Source of the DNA: Trichinella spiralis
Lineage: Eukaryota
Assembly (NCBI RefSeq): GCF_000181795.1
Contig: NW_003526944.1
Coordinates: 3,454,706-3,518,705, forward strand
DNA: 64,000 nt
Reading direction: 5' to 3'
Shown: positions 38,001 to 51,006 of the stretch, piece by piece
How positions within the stretch are numbered: the stretch's first letter is position 1
Layout: each line of letters opens with the position of its first letter
Made by a program: the position numbers and the translations under genes
Notes under the pieces: generated by a model
The model's database searches: none
The model's input: only the letters and a program-made list of their open reading frames with translations
Told to the model about the DNA's origin: nothing

Positions 38001-38140
38001 GCTTAAAATGCAGTAGTCTGTATAAATACTTATTAGAAGGGAAATATAAGATGAAGTATGAAATGCTATAACATCGGCATGCAACATTAAAAAACAAACA
38101 TCATAATAATAAAGTGAACTCTAAAAATTACATACACCAT
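35057..38140 (-). CDS. unc-34: Ena/VASP homologue (EVH1, proline-rich, EVH2)
   Basis: EVH1: ASVLNYDDAIKKWLPAGG...FRVVGRKLQDHD|VVINCAI...FHQWRD...YGLNF (36858-36687, 36448-~36262); DPPPAPPPP; G-actin motif MAQALASAKLRPV; F-actin motif IISEITSAIARR; tetramerisation LEQIKMEIILCMKEEVSRAKAEILE. Micro first exon ATGGT (38140-38136) is inferred; last exon unresolved. Confidence 0.93.
37819..37916. repeat. 37-bp imperfect inverted repeat around an (AT)n loop
   Basis: 37819-37855 versus 37880-37916, three mismatches. Confidence 0.85.
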
Positions 38141-40318
38141 GTCTGAAGAACAACTTTCTCACAGAACGAGTTTGCAGCTGATATGCTGATGATTTAAAAA
38201 CTAATAAAAGGTAAAATTCAAACAGGCAGAGTATGCATATCTAAGAAAGAAGTCTTCTAATGACAACTTTTCAACTTTGAACGAAGGTAAAATGCATACT
38301 GTAATTATAAAAGGATCAAGGACATTGAAGTATTATTAACCTAATTGTCATTAATAATTTGAAATTTTTATACGGTATTTTTTAATTAACAAATAAAGCT
38401 ATTACAAAAATTTAACTTTACAAATGCTTTATTTTATTTAATTTTGTTTTTTTTGCCAAAGTATACTGAAATATTTTGCTCTACATAATGAAAACCTGAA
38501 AAGCGTTATTCATTGGCCGTTTAGTACGTTTAGCGCATTTACCACTGAGTTAGCAGATTCAAATTCACTGAGATGCTCAAGTTATGACTTTTCTTCATCA
38601 ATATGCGATGAATTTAACATCGGATTCACAAAGCATCAATTCACAAAAATGCACTTTTTTAAAAAAAATATTGTTTTTTGTCAGCTGTTAATGTTATTGT
38701 TACTGTTCTGTATGATAAGTATAAGACTACATTCTCGCAGAAAATTCAATCAAGTTTAATTTAGTTAAATTAAATTAACCAGTTGTCACGGCATAATATT
38801 TAATGAGCACAAATTTTCGAAATACTTTTGAGATAGCATTTCAATGAAAAGCAGCTTATTCACAAGAATTTTTTCACACTGAAACTGTGTAATGTGTAAC
38901 TTTTGCTTTAAAGAAACCTTGACATTGGTACTGTAATTTTGAAAATAACTGCCATAACGTCTTATGAATTTGCATTTTTATTGTCTTGTTATCTGCAAAA
39001 ATAGTAATGTAACAGCTTTTTGGTGCTTAATTGAAAGAAATATAAATTAAATTGCTTATTTACCTGTTTTCTAAAATAAAAAATTCAAAGAACAACCGAT
39101 GTATTGTGCTTTTTGCTTGATTACGTAACATAAATTAAGTTAAAATAAGAGCATACATTTATGTATATTATTAATAAAAAGCAATAAAATGCTAAAGTAT
39201 TGAAATTTACATTGATGTTTATTTTTGCAAGAACTTATTTTTGTCTGAATTTTCTAAATCTGCTACAGTATGTACAAAATAAAACTTGATTATATAGGCG
39301 AATTATTGTAAATGAACTGTTCGATTATGTTAATTGTGAGGTGAAAGTTATCTTAATTTTTCTAAATATTTTGGTCACTGTTATATTTCATAAAGTGTTA
39401 TCGTTAGTAGGCGAGAATTTTTCCTACTTGGAGTGAAATACTGTATTTCCTGCATTTGCAAATCAAAGTGACATTTTATAATAAAGACTGTTAACTTTTT
39501 AAAAATTATTTCACCATGCACATTTGAATAATTTTCATACTTTTTGGTTATATTATCTAATCATCATAATATGGTGGATGCAATCTTCAAGCGGAACTAA
39601 TTTGTATAATTCAATATTTATGCCCGATAATTTTAAATTTTTTGTAGAGCAGCCGCTGATTAATTTTGTTTCCGGAAGTTATTTATTTCCCTTATTGCTG
39701 CGATAAATTGTACATTTCTTTGAAAGTTATTAATGAATAATAATAATATTATAATATTAAACAGTTGTACGTTCATATCTTGTCGAGCAGACTTGTTCAA
39801 TGTACTTTTGTTTTATTATTTTAATGTAAAATGTATAAATTTTTCGGTTGCCCTGTCATATTTTTAACAAATGTTTCGATAAACACCGTGGGAATTAAAA
39901 TGACGTCAACAAGAGAAATTCATAAACAAGTATAAGGAAAACACCTGTTTGGTTCACGTGGGTTAATGTAAGCTTTTAAACAGCAATGACAATGTGTAAT
40001 AATAATTCTTTATTGTGCAATAGGAATGATGTCACCGCATGCTTGCTGAGTCAGAAAATTTATTAACTTTGATTATTAGGTGAATAAAGGTAAATTTGAG
40101 TGAGCACTGAAAATTTTCAGTGTACAAATTTTGCCTATCTCCTACGAAAGACGAAATTATTAGACAACAGGAATAAGATAGCAAAGCAAACATAGTGAGA
40201 TTACGTAATTAATATAATAATGTTTTCGTGCTTGCATCCGCTCTTCGGTAAAAGATTCCAAATAGCCTTTCCGCTTTTCAAAATGACAATGGAGTTTACT
40301 TCAAAAAGNNNNNNNNNN

Positions 40319-41071
40319 CATATAAACCCCCGCGCAACGTTGAAGCATAGCAAAGCACGGCATTCAACGACCCAGACGACTGTAACGCTATTATAGAAAA
40401 AGCCAAACAGATTATCATCAAATAAAGGAAAGTTTGAACGCCAGCACTATTTGATGAACTTATTTCATAATATACAAGTCATTTACGGTTAACTACGAAC
40501 TTCCGACTTAGAAAACGTAAAGGAAAACCAAAGAATGGTACTTTGCTGTTCTTACTGATGTTGTACAAATTATTTATGGGCTCATTATTGATTTTCTCAT
40601 TTCGTTTTATTCATTGAAGGGAAAGTTATTACAAAAATTCTGCGGTTCATAAAAATTTCAAGCATTCAACACAATCCGCTAGAAAAATTAAGCATACATG
40701 TCATAGCACCGCAGCGCGCTTTCAACTCTTTACCTAGGCCCGTGCTCCCCACGTTAATCCAATGAACATGAGCTCCGCTATTGATAACGCTTCCATGCCA
40801 CGTTAATTAATTAGTGTGTGTAGTTTCAAATCATGCCCTATTCAACACCAAGGCATAGCAAAGCACGGTATCAAATTGAATTCAACCATTATTTCTGTGA
40901 ACATTTACAGTAAAGAATGAAAATGGAGGAAAAAACAGAACTTGAAATTGTATATTAAAACAAACTGTTTTTGTTGTATGTACAATACAGTATAAACTGT
41001 ATGCAAATTTAAATAATGCTTATCAATAAGGAAATGTTATAACTGTAAATGAATTAGAGGAGAACGTCAAA
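40319..41071 (-). repeat. Near-identical inverted copy of 7464-8216 (probable contig overlap/haplotype)
   Basis: 753 bp reverse complement with very few substitutions; both copies start at a 10-N gap. Confidence 0.95.
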
Positions 41072-42538
41072 AATTGTTACTGTATTACCAAACTGAATTA
41101 CGAACAAATTAGATTGTCTGAGCAACTTTGCTTTTAACAGCAAAAGAGTGAGGTAAAAATAGCGGTATACATGATATTTATATGCCTAAGAACATATCAC
41201 AAACAAGCAAACCATTATCACTGCTATGATCATGTTTATTCGTTGGAAATCAAGATATAGAAATGCTCCACTCGTCCCTGAATCCTAAGATGGTTTTCAT
41301 TTCCAATAATTCCATTTCCACTACCCTACAATTCAAGCGTAGAATTCATAGAAGTGCAGCGCGCTTTAAACTCTTTTTCCATGTTTTTGCTACTGTATGC
41401 CATATTACTCAAACAAATTAGCGGTTTGTTACTGATAAAGCGACCATTTCAGGAAAAGTTGCTTTGAATATTTGAGGAACTACCGTCGGGTAACGCTCGC
41501 TTTTCGACCTTGCCTGCATGTGTTGCAGTTGAACTTTGAATCTTGTTTTTTTTTTGGTAAATTATTCTCATATGTATTTTAATTTAAAATAGCTATTAAT
41601 CTGACATCTTATGACAATACAGAGATATTTTATTTATGATGAACTAACTAATTATTAAATATTGAACAAACTTCTCAATATATCGCTGATTAACTGAGAG
41701 GTAAAGTTTCAAAATATTGTATAACCTGCATTTATAGTCACCGATACATATATTTCTTCTTCATTTCATTATGCAATGTTTCACAATTTGTAAGAATTGT
41801 CCATAAATGTTAACAACATTGTAATAATGGATTATCTATAAAGCTGTCGTTTTTAATGAGGATGGTTGCTTTTTCTGTTCCAGTGGTTTGAACAGCTCAA
41901 ATTTTTGTTCATCCCCTCTGGCTATCAACATGCTGCTGCACTTTAATTCAATTTTCAACACCCGACGGAATGCTTATTCCTCCTACTCGATCGCTACAAT
42001 TATTAATGTAAAATTGCTCCTTAATTTCCAGTTTCTTCAGATTTGAATATTGTTCATTGTAATTGTATTTTCCATTTCATTTTACCCAAATAGTATAAGA
42101 ATTTATTAAATTTTAGTGGACGTTTTGCTTGGGATGAATTTGAATAAAATGGACCTGTTGATGGATGTTATAATTTGATGTGTGAATTGAAAGTGATGAA
42201 AAAATGCTGTTTGTCCATTTGCCTACTGGAGGATTGGGAAACAAGTATTGGAAAACGTCTGATCACGTTGTTCAGTTTTTCAGAAGCATCGTCATTCCTT
42301 GGTGTTGTTAAGTCAATCTTGCAGTGAGTGTCACATTAATTTGGCAGTTTGTATGGTTGTCCCAAAAAAGCAACATCACCAACAGTTTTGGCCTTCAGCT
42401 AGTGAATAATTATTCACTCGGGCTTCTTTCATTTCACACTGCCCTGAATGTTCGATGTAGCGGTGCTGGTGTCCAGTTTGTAGGAGTATTTGTTGTCATT
42501 GTTCGATTCAATGTACGCCATTCGACGTTATCGCAAAA

Positions 42539-43112
42539 ATGCTGCTGCACTTCACTGGCGTTTTGTTCTTCATTTTCTCAACGACGGTCCACTGCGATCT
42601 GCAAAGGGTAATCGTCAAAGGCAAGCTCATGTGCGGAGATAAGCCTGCAGCAAACATTGCATTGAAGCTTGTTGACATAGGTTTGAATATTGTTATGGCC
42701 GTGTATATATATATATATATATATACAACAACAATATGTATACTTTTGCATTTTCAGATATTGGTTCTGACGATGTTCTGGACAAAAAAACCACCGATAA
42801 AGAAGGCAATTTTATCGTCGATGGCAAGACTAGTGAAATGACTAATATAGATCCAATTTTGAAAATTTATCACGACTGCGTAGATTATTTGGTAAGAAAG
42901 CTTTTCCAAATTTTAACAAAAATATCAATATTATGCGTGCAAAAATATTAATTAAAAATAACATATTTAATTTTCAGCCTTGTCAGCGTCGATGGAAAAT
43001 TAAAATTCCAAAACAGTACATCAATCACGAAGGTTCGAAAAATTTGAAAATAATGGACTTAGGTACGTGGAATTTAGAAGCACACTTGAAAGAAGATATC
43101 AACTGTTTCTAA
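42539..43112 (+). CDS. Nematode transthyretin-like (TTR-52/DUF290) secreted protein, 3 exons
   Basis: Exons 42539-42680, 42758-42891, 42978-43112; signal peptide, VIVKGKLMCGDKPA, DDVLD...TDKEGNF, IDPILKIYHDC, PCQRRWKIKIPKQY, LGTWNLE. Confidence 0.95.
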
Positions 43113-43711
43113 CAATCTACGTCGCGTTGGTGCATTCTTGGAAGTTTAAAATCAAAATTATTATTATTTCTTTTATTTTTATTTGAAATCAATTTAATAA
43201 AACGTAATTATTAGCATAATTGTAATAGTGATGATGCGCAGCATTTTTGAAAAATTTAACCAAACAAATTATAATCTTGCTCATGCTAATAAGTAAAACT
43301 AAACAAACTTACTAAAAATTTCAGTTTCGAATATCTTTTGAAAATGCAAAATTGCATTAATAAGAAAAGAAACACGCACAAGAAAGGAAATGTTAAACAG
43401 CAATGATGCGAGTGAACTTGACGATTGTGTGCTACGATTGACAAAGAATTAACTGATCATGAATCATAATTAATTCATCATAAAAATCAATCACTCGACA
43501 TACAAAGTGATTTATGCAAATTTCCTATGATGGCAGGGGAAATTTTGCCGTTGGAGATGCTGTTGCAAAACAAACGCTCGTGAAAAAGCAAAGGCTGGTC
43601 TTTTATTTCGAACAAAATACTGAAAAATATTAACATCACTCTACAGAATTGAGACAGTAGAAAAAAGTGACTGTGAAAAGTTGGTTTTTTGTTTAATTCA
43701 GATGAAGATGT

Positions 43712-44458
43712 TTATATGCAATTTCGATCTTCTTCGAGACGAGCTTCGAGATTCATGGTGCCGAAATCCATCGGCTTCGGCTGCTGGTTTCCTTTCACAA
43801 TGTAATGAGAAGGAATTCTCAAAGACCATCGTCGTTTACACAGCTAAAACAGCGTCAACAAATAAACACGTCAATTATGCAAAGTGTACAATTCTTATTA
43901 TAACCCCCAAGCAAATATTGTTTCCAATGCAAGAACAGCTCAAGAATTTGTTTGTTACAAATTAGCCATATGAAAAATAAATTTCACATACAAAACTGAA
44001 CTTTTAAAAAGTGAAAAAATGTTAATTTCAAATTCTGAAAAAGAATGAAGCTCAAAAAGCCATATTAATTACCATACTGTGATCACAGGAATGGTAGATT
44101 TTGAGGACAGGATCAATGCTGGTTAACTCATCTGTTGAACCTTCTACATAGAAGTTGCCATTGTTGTCGGTAGTTTTCTTATCCATTACATCATCAGAAA
44201 CGACATCTACGATTTGAACAATTACAAAAGTTATTTTCTAAAACAACATGCTTCTGAAGAGCAAGTTCAAATGATAAAATTGTGAAAATATTCTTTCCAA
44301 TCAAACGCATCGGTACATAGAATACCTTTGTCCACTAATTTCACTTGTACATTTGGGGCTGGCTTGTTTCCGCACATCAGTTTACCCTTTGCGGCCACTT
44401 TCTGCAGGGAACATTCGACCAAAGGAATTATTAGGAGAGTAGCAAAAATCAACTTCAT
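43712..44458 (-). CDS. Second transthyretin-like protein, convergent paralog, 3 exons
   Basis: Exons 44458-44326, 44206-44073, 43843-43712; VAAKGKLMCGNKPA, DDVMD...TDNNGNF, IDPVLKIYHSC, LCKRRWSLRIPSHY, FGTMNLE; same intron positions and phases as its neighbour. Confidence 0.95.
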
Positions 44459-45262
44459 GGCAGGAAAATTTCTTCCAATTCCAACTTCCCAACAGTAAAA
44501 TCACATACTACTACTACAAGCTGCCTGTTCTACATGCTATTTAACTCTGATTCAAGACCAACTGAACAGGTCTGGCTGGCATTGAGAGAAAAATAAGAAC
44601 TGTAACAATTATTGACAAGCAGGTCATTGAATTGATTGTATTAACAGTTTGGCATGATGACAACGAAAACAGATTATTTCTTAAATGGACTTATTTTTCT
44701 CGAACTGTAAAACTGTACAAAGCAAACAATATACATCAATTGATGATTTGACTGCTTTTTTTTCAAAAGTTGACTACAGTAATAAAACAAACTCAAAATT
44801 GAAAATTATTCATTGAACAATAGGAAAAATTTGTTCATCAAACAAACCAATAAAGATGCTTCATTTTGCTACCGAGGTGCTATCATTTGAATTTTCTTCT
44901 TCTCTCCCAATTAGCACTGCAGAGCAAAGTAAAATGCAAACGTAAAAATATTGAAACAAAGGAAATGAAAAAGCCAAAAAATTAATAAAATCACCATAAG
45001 CATTTTGATTTCAAATTCGCATTCAGCTGACAAAGAGAACTTGGCATGACAATTAATTAATAACCGACATTGCAGTTGCCAAGAGACTTTTAGCCCATCA
45101 GGGGGCATTTAGCCCACTCTCCCCCTCCCGTTGTGAAAGAATGGCCAAAGACAAACGTGCGATAATTGGTCTAGTTGGACAACTGTTTCTTGAAAAGAAT
45201 ACAGACACTTTGAAACTATCTTACTTACATCGACCACTAATTTTGGTACCTTCTCAAACACC

Positions 45263-46814
45263 ATGCAACAACAGCAACATATGAAAAGTAGGTTTCAAAG
45301 AAAATTTTTTTTATTTTAAAACGGCTTTCCAGCTTTATTTTTTAAAATAATTTTAATTTGTAAACTGGCTAAAGAGAAAAAATTGAGAGAAGAACCTTTC
45401 AAAAGAATTTCCATACATGCACTAATATCGCTGATTTTGAAACATGCGGACAAGATAAAAAGCGAAGCACAAACAACAGCAGTTGATGACAATGTTGAAA
45501 ATGGGAAACTTTTGAGTAAGTGAAATTGTCGTTTATATTCATTTTTGAAAATATATTTCCAATAAAATGAAAAAAATCATTACTTAGAAATTGCTGAAAA
45601 CAATAATTCAATTGTAGCGGATGGAAATTTCAAAAAAGCCAACAACAGCAACAACACTGGGACAGAACAATGCAGTGCAGTTGCACATCGCTCAACATTA
45701 ATCGAGTAAGAATGATGCAAAATAATTAGCCAACTCATAATAACATTCAAAAGTAGAAACTTGTAATCAGTATTATTCACTAAATTGCTTCAGACTTATC
45801 AATGGAATTGGTGAAGCGGATGATTGGAATAATAAGCAAAATTCCCCAACGCACAACTGGAATAAAAGGCATTTTTGCCAGGATAAAAGATGCGCACTGA
45901 AGCAAAAAACAGAATTCGCTTTTTTACTTGTAGATGTACGCCCGGAAAGTCAATTCTTCAAGTACAGAATCAAAGGCGGTAAATTTGTGAAATGCATTTT
46001 TAATATATTGAATAAAATGGACCATAAATTCTGAACAAATATACAAATAGAAAACAATACCTGAATTGAAATAGAATTTAATAAACGCAGCAGCTTAAAT
46101 TTAATAAACCTTCTTTCTATGCACAGCGATCTCGTTTCCGTACACAAATCTGTGCAAAGGTTTCACATCTGAGCCGGCGGAAATGCTAGCCATGAAAAAT
46201 CAATCCGGCAAAATGATCATCTGCTATGACAACGACGAACGTCTGGCTAAACGCGTGGCAACGATGCTAGTCCAAAGAGATTACGAAAATGTTTACCTGC
46301 TTTCCGGTGGTGAGAAGTTGAATAGCTTAATTTGCAGAAAAAAAATATTATTTTTTTTCATTTAAATATTTTCATATCAGGACTTTGTCAAGCGTTGAAG
46401 CTGTATCCGAATGGTCTGATTGCCGGATGCGTGCCCAATCAGCTTGGTAAGAAAGCACAACATCTCGCGTCCACGTTGCATGCAAACTTCTTGCACGAGC
46501 AGTGCACAGAAATGTTTCGGTAAATTTCCATCCGTTCTTCCCATATCTATCGATTTTTCGTATTTATCAACCGTTTGCACTTTTTTTGCAGCAATTGCAA
46601 GCTTCGAGATTATTTCATCACTGTGGAATTTTCTTCTGATGATCTACAACAACTATCCAATCAGATGATGGAAAATCAAAAAGCTAAAGAAAAGAAAATC
46701 AGTATTTGCAAACTTGTTGTTGATCCAACAATTTTATATCCAGCAATTTTTTCTTATTCAGGTACTTATAAATATTGCAACAAATGTAAGCAGAACACTG
46801 GAGAAAATCAATGA
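45263..46814 (+). CDS. CEP41: Centrosomal protein 41 kDa homologue (rhodanese-like domain), multi-exon
   Basis: EEPFKRISIHALISLI, RSTLIE|LINGIGE, FLLVDVR, KNQSGKMIICYDNDERLAKRVATMLVQRDYENVYLLSGG|L...YPNGLIAGCVP match CEP41 blocks; first and last exon limits approximate. Confidence 0.88.
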
Positions 46815-48088
46815 AATTGAAACACAGAAAAAAAAGAAACGAAACGAAAACTTACAGAACCAAACAAATCACTACTGCATAAAGTATATGCTTAAAAGAA
46901 ATTGCTTTCAATGTTTGTGAAATATAGTGAATTAATTGAAAGTGCAATAAAACTGATTACATCTGATTTGCATACTTGAATTATTTATATGTACGCTTTG
47001 TTGAACTGTTGTTATTCTCGAATGGGGCGACAATTTTCTGAGATTGCAAGCAAGATGTTGTGCGCATTGCTTGTTCCATTTAGCAGGAAATCTAACCATA
47101 CACACACACAGCAAATAACAAGAAGAGCAACAACAACAAAGTAATAAAAATATGTATCTATCGTATGTTTCATCGCAGATTTAACAACGATGTCAGTTTA
47201 TGGATTTTTAGAATAAAATTTTCAATCTTTTCAAAATTGAAAATTTCTTCCAATAAAGTTGTATGCATCAATTCAATTTAAATACAAGTCAACTTTTTGC
47301 ATAAATAAACGCTAGTGGATCGCGTATTGCGAATAATTAATTGTCTGCAAAATAAATAAAAGCCGCTGCTGCTTACATTTGAAACTTTTTGAAAAGTTTA
47401 AAATGCAATTTCTTCATAAATGTCATTCTAAATTGCAAATGGATGCAATTATAGATAGGAAAGAAAAATTGCTGCTAGTCAAATTCAATAAGCGCTTCAG
47501 TATGAAGACATGGACCAATAAGAGCAAATTAGCATAAACAACACCTGATAGTCTCACAAAATGGTGGTCCTAGGGTGGTCAGAAATCTGCAACTCTGCCA
47601 GCATACAACTACTGACAGAACTGATGATGCCAGAGCTATGAATAATAGAAAAAAACCAACTGGAAAGATTTCAGAAAACTGCGTCTGAAATGACCACACG
47701 CAGAAGCCTTGAAGAGAAAAATCAAACCAGCAACAACAACTATATCAATAGAATGGTAGCAGTTGAATAATTGATTAAAATTTATTAATAGCTAACGAGA
47801 AAAAAAAGCCTACTTATCGAGAGTCGCTGATGAAAACAACTGCAGGCTATTAGAGCATTAGCTTTCAGCTCTAGTGCTCAACTTGCAATATTTGGATAAA
47901 GGTGGGTGTGGTTGATAGCAATTTTTTTCATACAAAATCTACCAACAGGAAATTTTCATAAAACGTTATGTTGTGAATCAAACGAAAAAGTGTAAATAAA
48001 AATTATTTTTATTTGTAAAATTATATAAAATGAACAAAAAGAAACGGTTAAAAATTGTAAATGATAATTTTTATATACGGTGAAAGTA

Positions 48089-50969
48089 TTAGAGATGGGA
48101 ATCGAATTCACTTGCGGTGAGGGCAAATTTTTCAAAACTGTCCTTCTTGATTGTGAACTGCTCAATGGCGGATGAGTCGGCCAAAATTTTGGCACCAATA
48201 AACGAAGCGTGATAACGGAATGGAGCCGCGTGCACTTCGACTCTCACACTTTTTGGGACCAGTCGACCCAACTCCAGCTCAATACGCTCTTGAAGACCAG
48301 GCAACAATGAGGTTCCACCCACCAAAAATATATTCCTTAATAAATAAAGAAAAATTAATAACATAGAAACACTGAAGAAAAATGGAAAACTGATGTAAAA
48401 TAATTCTACACCAGTCGAATCATTTTATGGTAAAAGAAAAAAATGCAAATTTTATTTTAAAATTTCACCAGAGCTGCACCACTTACTCGTACAAAGATCT
48501 GCGATTGTCGATGGCACAAGATTGAATGCTTTGGAAGATCAACTTCGGCAACCCCTTGACATCCATACCCCAACGTTTCGGATGGAACAACATTTCAGCA
48601 CTTTCAAATCGCTCATTACCCATTTGAAGTTTTCTGAAAAAATTTGCGTGTGATATTAAAATTAGTTGTGCGAATTCGCTTCAAGCCTACCTGCAAGCCA
48701 AAACCCGATCCGGATCGCACTGCTTCAACGAGACCAACGCCCGCTTGTCGTTGGCTTGCTGTTGGCGATCATCCGTAAGAACGAAGCATTGCTGCAAAAT
48801 GATAAGCATAATTTCCATCCACTCTCACTCAATCACTGAAAAGATTTGCGCCACTGCTCTCTTACCGTCTCTTTCAAATATCGCACCAGAAGACCCTCTT
48901 GCAACGAGTCGAACGTGAAACTGGGATTATTTTTAATAATTTCATTTTTCAAAATCGGTGCAATTTCACTGCCAAAACAGGGCAACGTGATCACCGCATT
49001 CGACACAATAAAGCCTGACCACAAGTGCAACAAGCAATTGATTAGAACGTGGGGGATAAATCGGCAAAATTTTTGCTATACTCACTATCCACGAATGGAG
49101 CAATCGTCAACTTTTCTCCAATATCCACAAAAACGCCCGTAAAAGTATTAAAAGCAATCATAGCTAAACTACCCTGTCTCGCAACTGAAACAGCGGCGGC
49201 GTCGAAATCGAACAACAAAATCCGCACCATCTCTATTAAAGCAGCCTCTGGAATTCGACTCGGAACTGCCAACAGAAACTGAAATTCAAAGTTGTCAAAT
49301 TGGAATTTTAATTTTAAATAAATAAAAAATGACTTCACCTGATATTCGACCGCTTTTATAGACAATTTTTCAATAATCCATTCGAAAATCCGCTTCACAG
49401 CATCAATGTTCACTGCACTGCTTCGAAAATCGCTGGACCAACTCCAAGCGTATTGCAAATTGCAATTGTTATTCAATGCAGCCTTGACAATAGCATCTTC
49501 ACCGACCAATCCTAAACAACAGAACAATTTTCCAATTGACATATTATTATTATTATTATTATTATTTGTTTGTTTGTTTGTTTGCAACCATTGCAAGCAA
49601 CATGATGCAATGGTGATAATATAAGTGAAAATCAAATCAAATCATAATTTACTCTCTTTGCAATTGGAGACAACAGATGGAAAAAATAAATGCGGATACG
49701 AATAAGATGCCCTTTCAACCAATCCAGCCCTAGTTGAACACGTACCAATTTCAATAACGCACACTTTCTACAATGGAAGAAATATTGAAATTATCAAGAG
49801 TTGCTTATGAAAATGAATAAGCAAACAAAAAGCAACATTTTCGTCACGACTTCCAAACTGTGGCGGAGTGGGTTGCAAAAATTCACGACGGCACATATTC
49901 GACGGCAGCTGAGCGTGAGCTCGCAACGCTTCGTACCAGCGATCCAGTGCAAATTGTCTGCATCTAAAATATGCAAATGAGTAGCTACAATTATGTTTTT
50001 TTAAGAAAAAAACCATGCACACAGCTCACACCTCAGAGTCAACAACGTCGCGTTATTTTCAATAATGATCAAAAGCTTCTCGTCATCTCTCGTTATTAGA
50101 GAACCGGCAATTGTAATCTGACCAACCGGGGTGCTGGATATTTCTGCAGTCTGAAGTGAAAATTGCTTTGTGCAAATAGTGCTGTGAAAAATCGCAACAA
50201 AAAAAACAGCAAAACGAACCTTGTACCAGAGTAACAAACCTTGCTCTGTTCGCATGTAGCGTCGTTGCCAGGCGTGGTCAGGGGCGTGGTCGGGCCGCAT
50301 ACCCAACGGCAAATGGTCCAAATAGCCGACCATGTTCGACTGAGCTTTGTGGTTCAGTTTCGACTCCAGATCCGGACATCGGATTTGGTAAAGCCGACGC
50401 AACAACTGCGTCGGGTCCCATTTGGTTTTCAAACTGAATCGTCTGGCGGAAGTGGAGCCGCTGTTGCCCATCGACCAATCGGACAGACTCAAGTTGCACC
50501 CAACCTCAGTTTCAATGTCGCTTTGCAAACCAACAACCGACCGAGCAACAGTGGGGCGGTGGTGGTCAACAGAGGGCGACCGAATCTCGTTGGACTCGAC
50601 GTTGTCCAATCGTTGATCGATTTGCGTGCATTGGACCGGAGGCGAGGTGCAAGCCGTGCAGCCAGAAGATACTGCCTGTGTGGGAAGCACATTCTCCAGA
50701 ACAGATCCATACAAGTCAGTGGGGGAATTCAAATACGATGACGACCCCTCATCCGAATGGGTCACGTCCTGAAGCGTTGAATGCAATTTGCTGTTGTCAC
50801 TCAGAAAGCCGCCCTTTTCGAGGAAAATGCTTTCCGCTCTCGAATCCACTGAACTGCTTGCATTTGCAATCCGATTTGCCCAACGTGCATCAGGATTGAT
50901 TTGACCAGAAATCTCAAATACAAACAAAGCATTAATCAAGGATGCGTTAATTTGAAAATTATACACATA

Positions 50970-51006
<37 letters not shown>

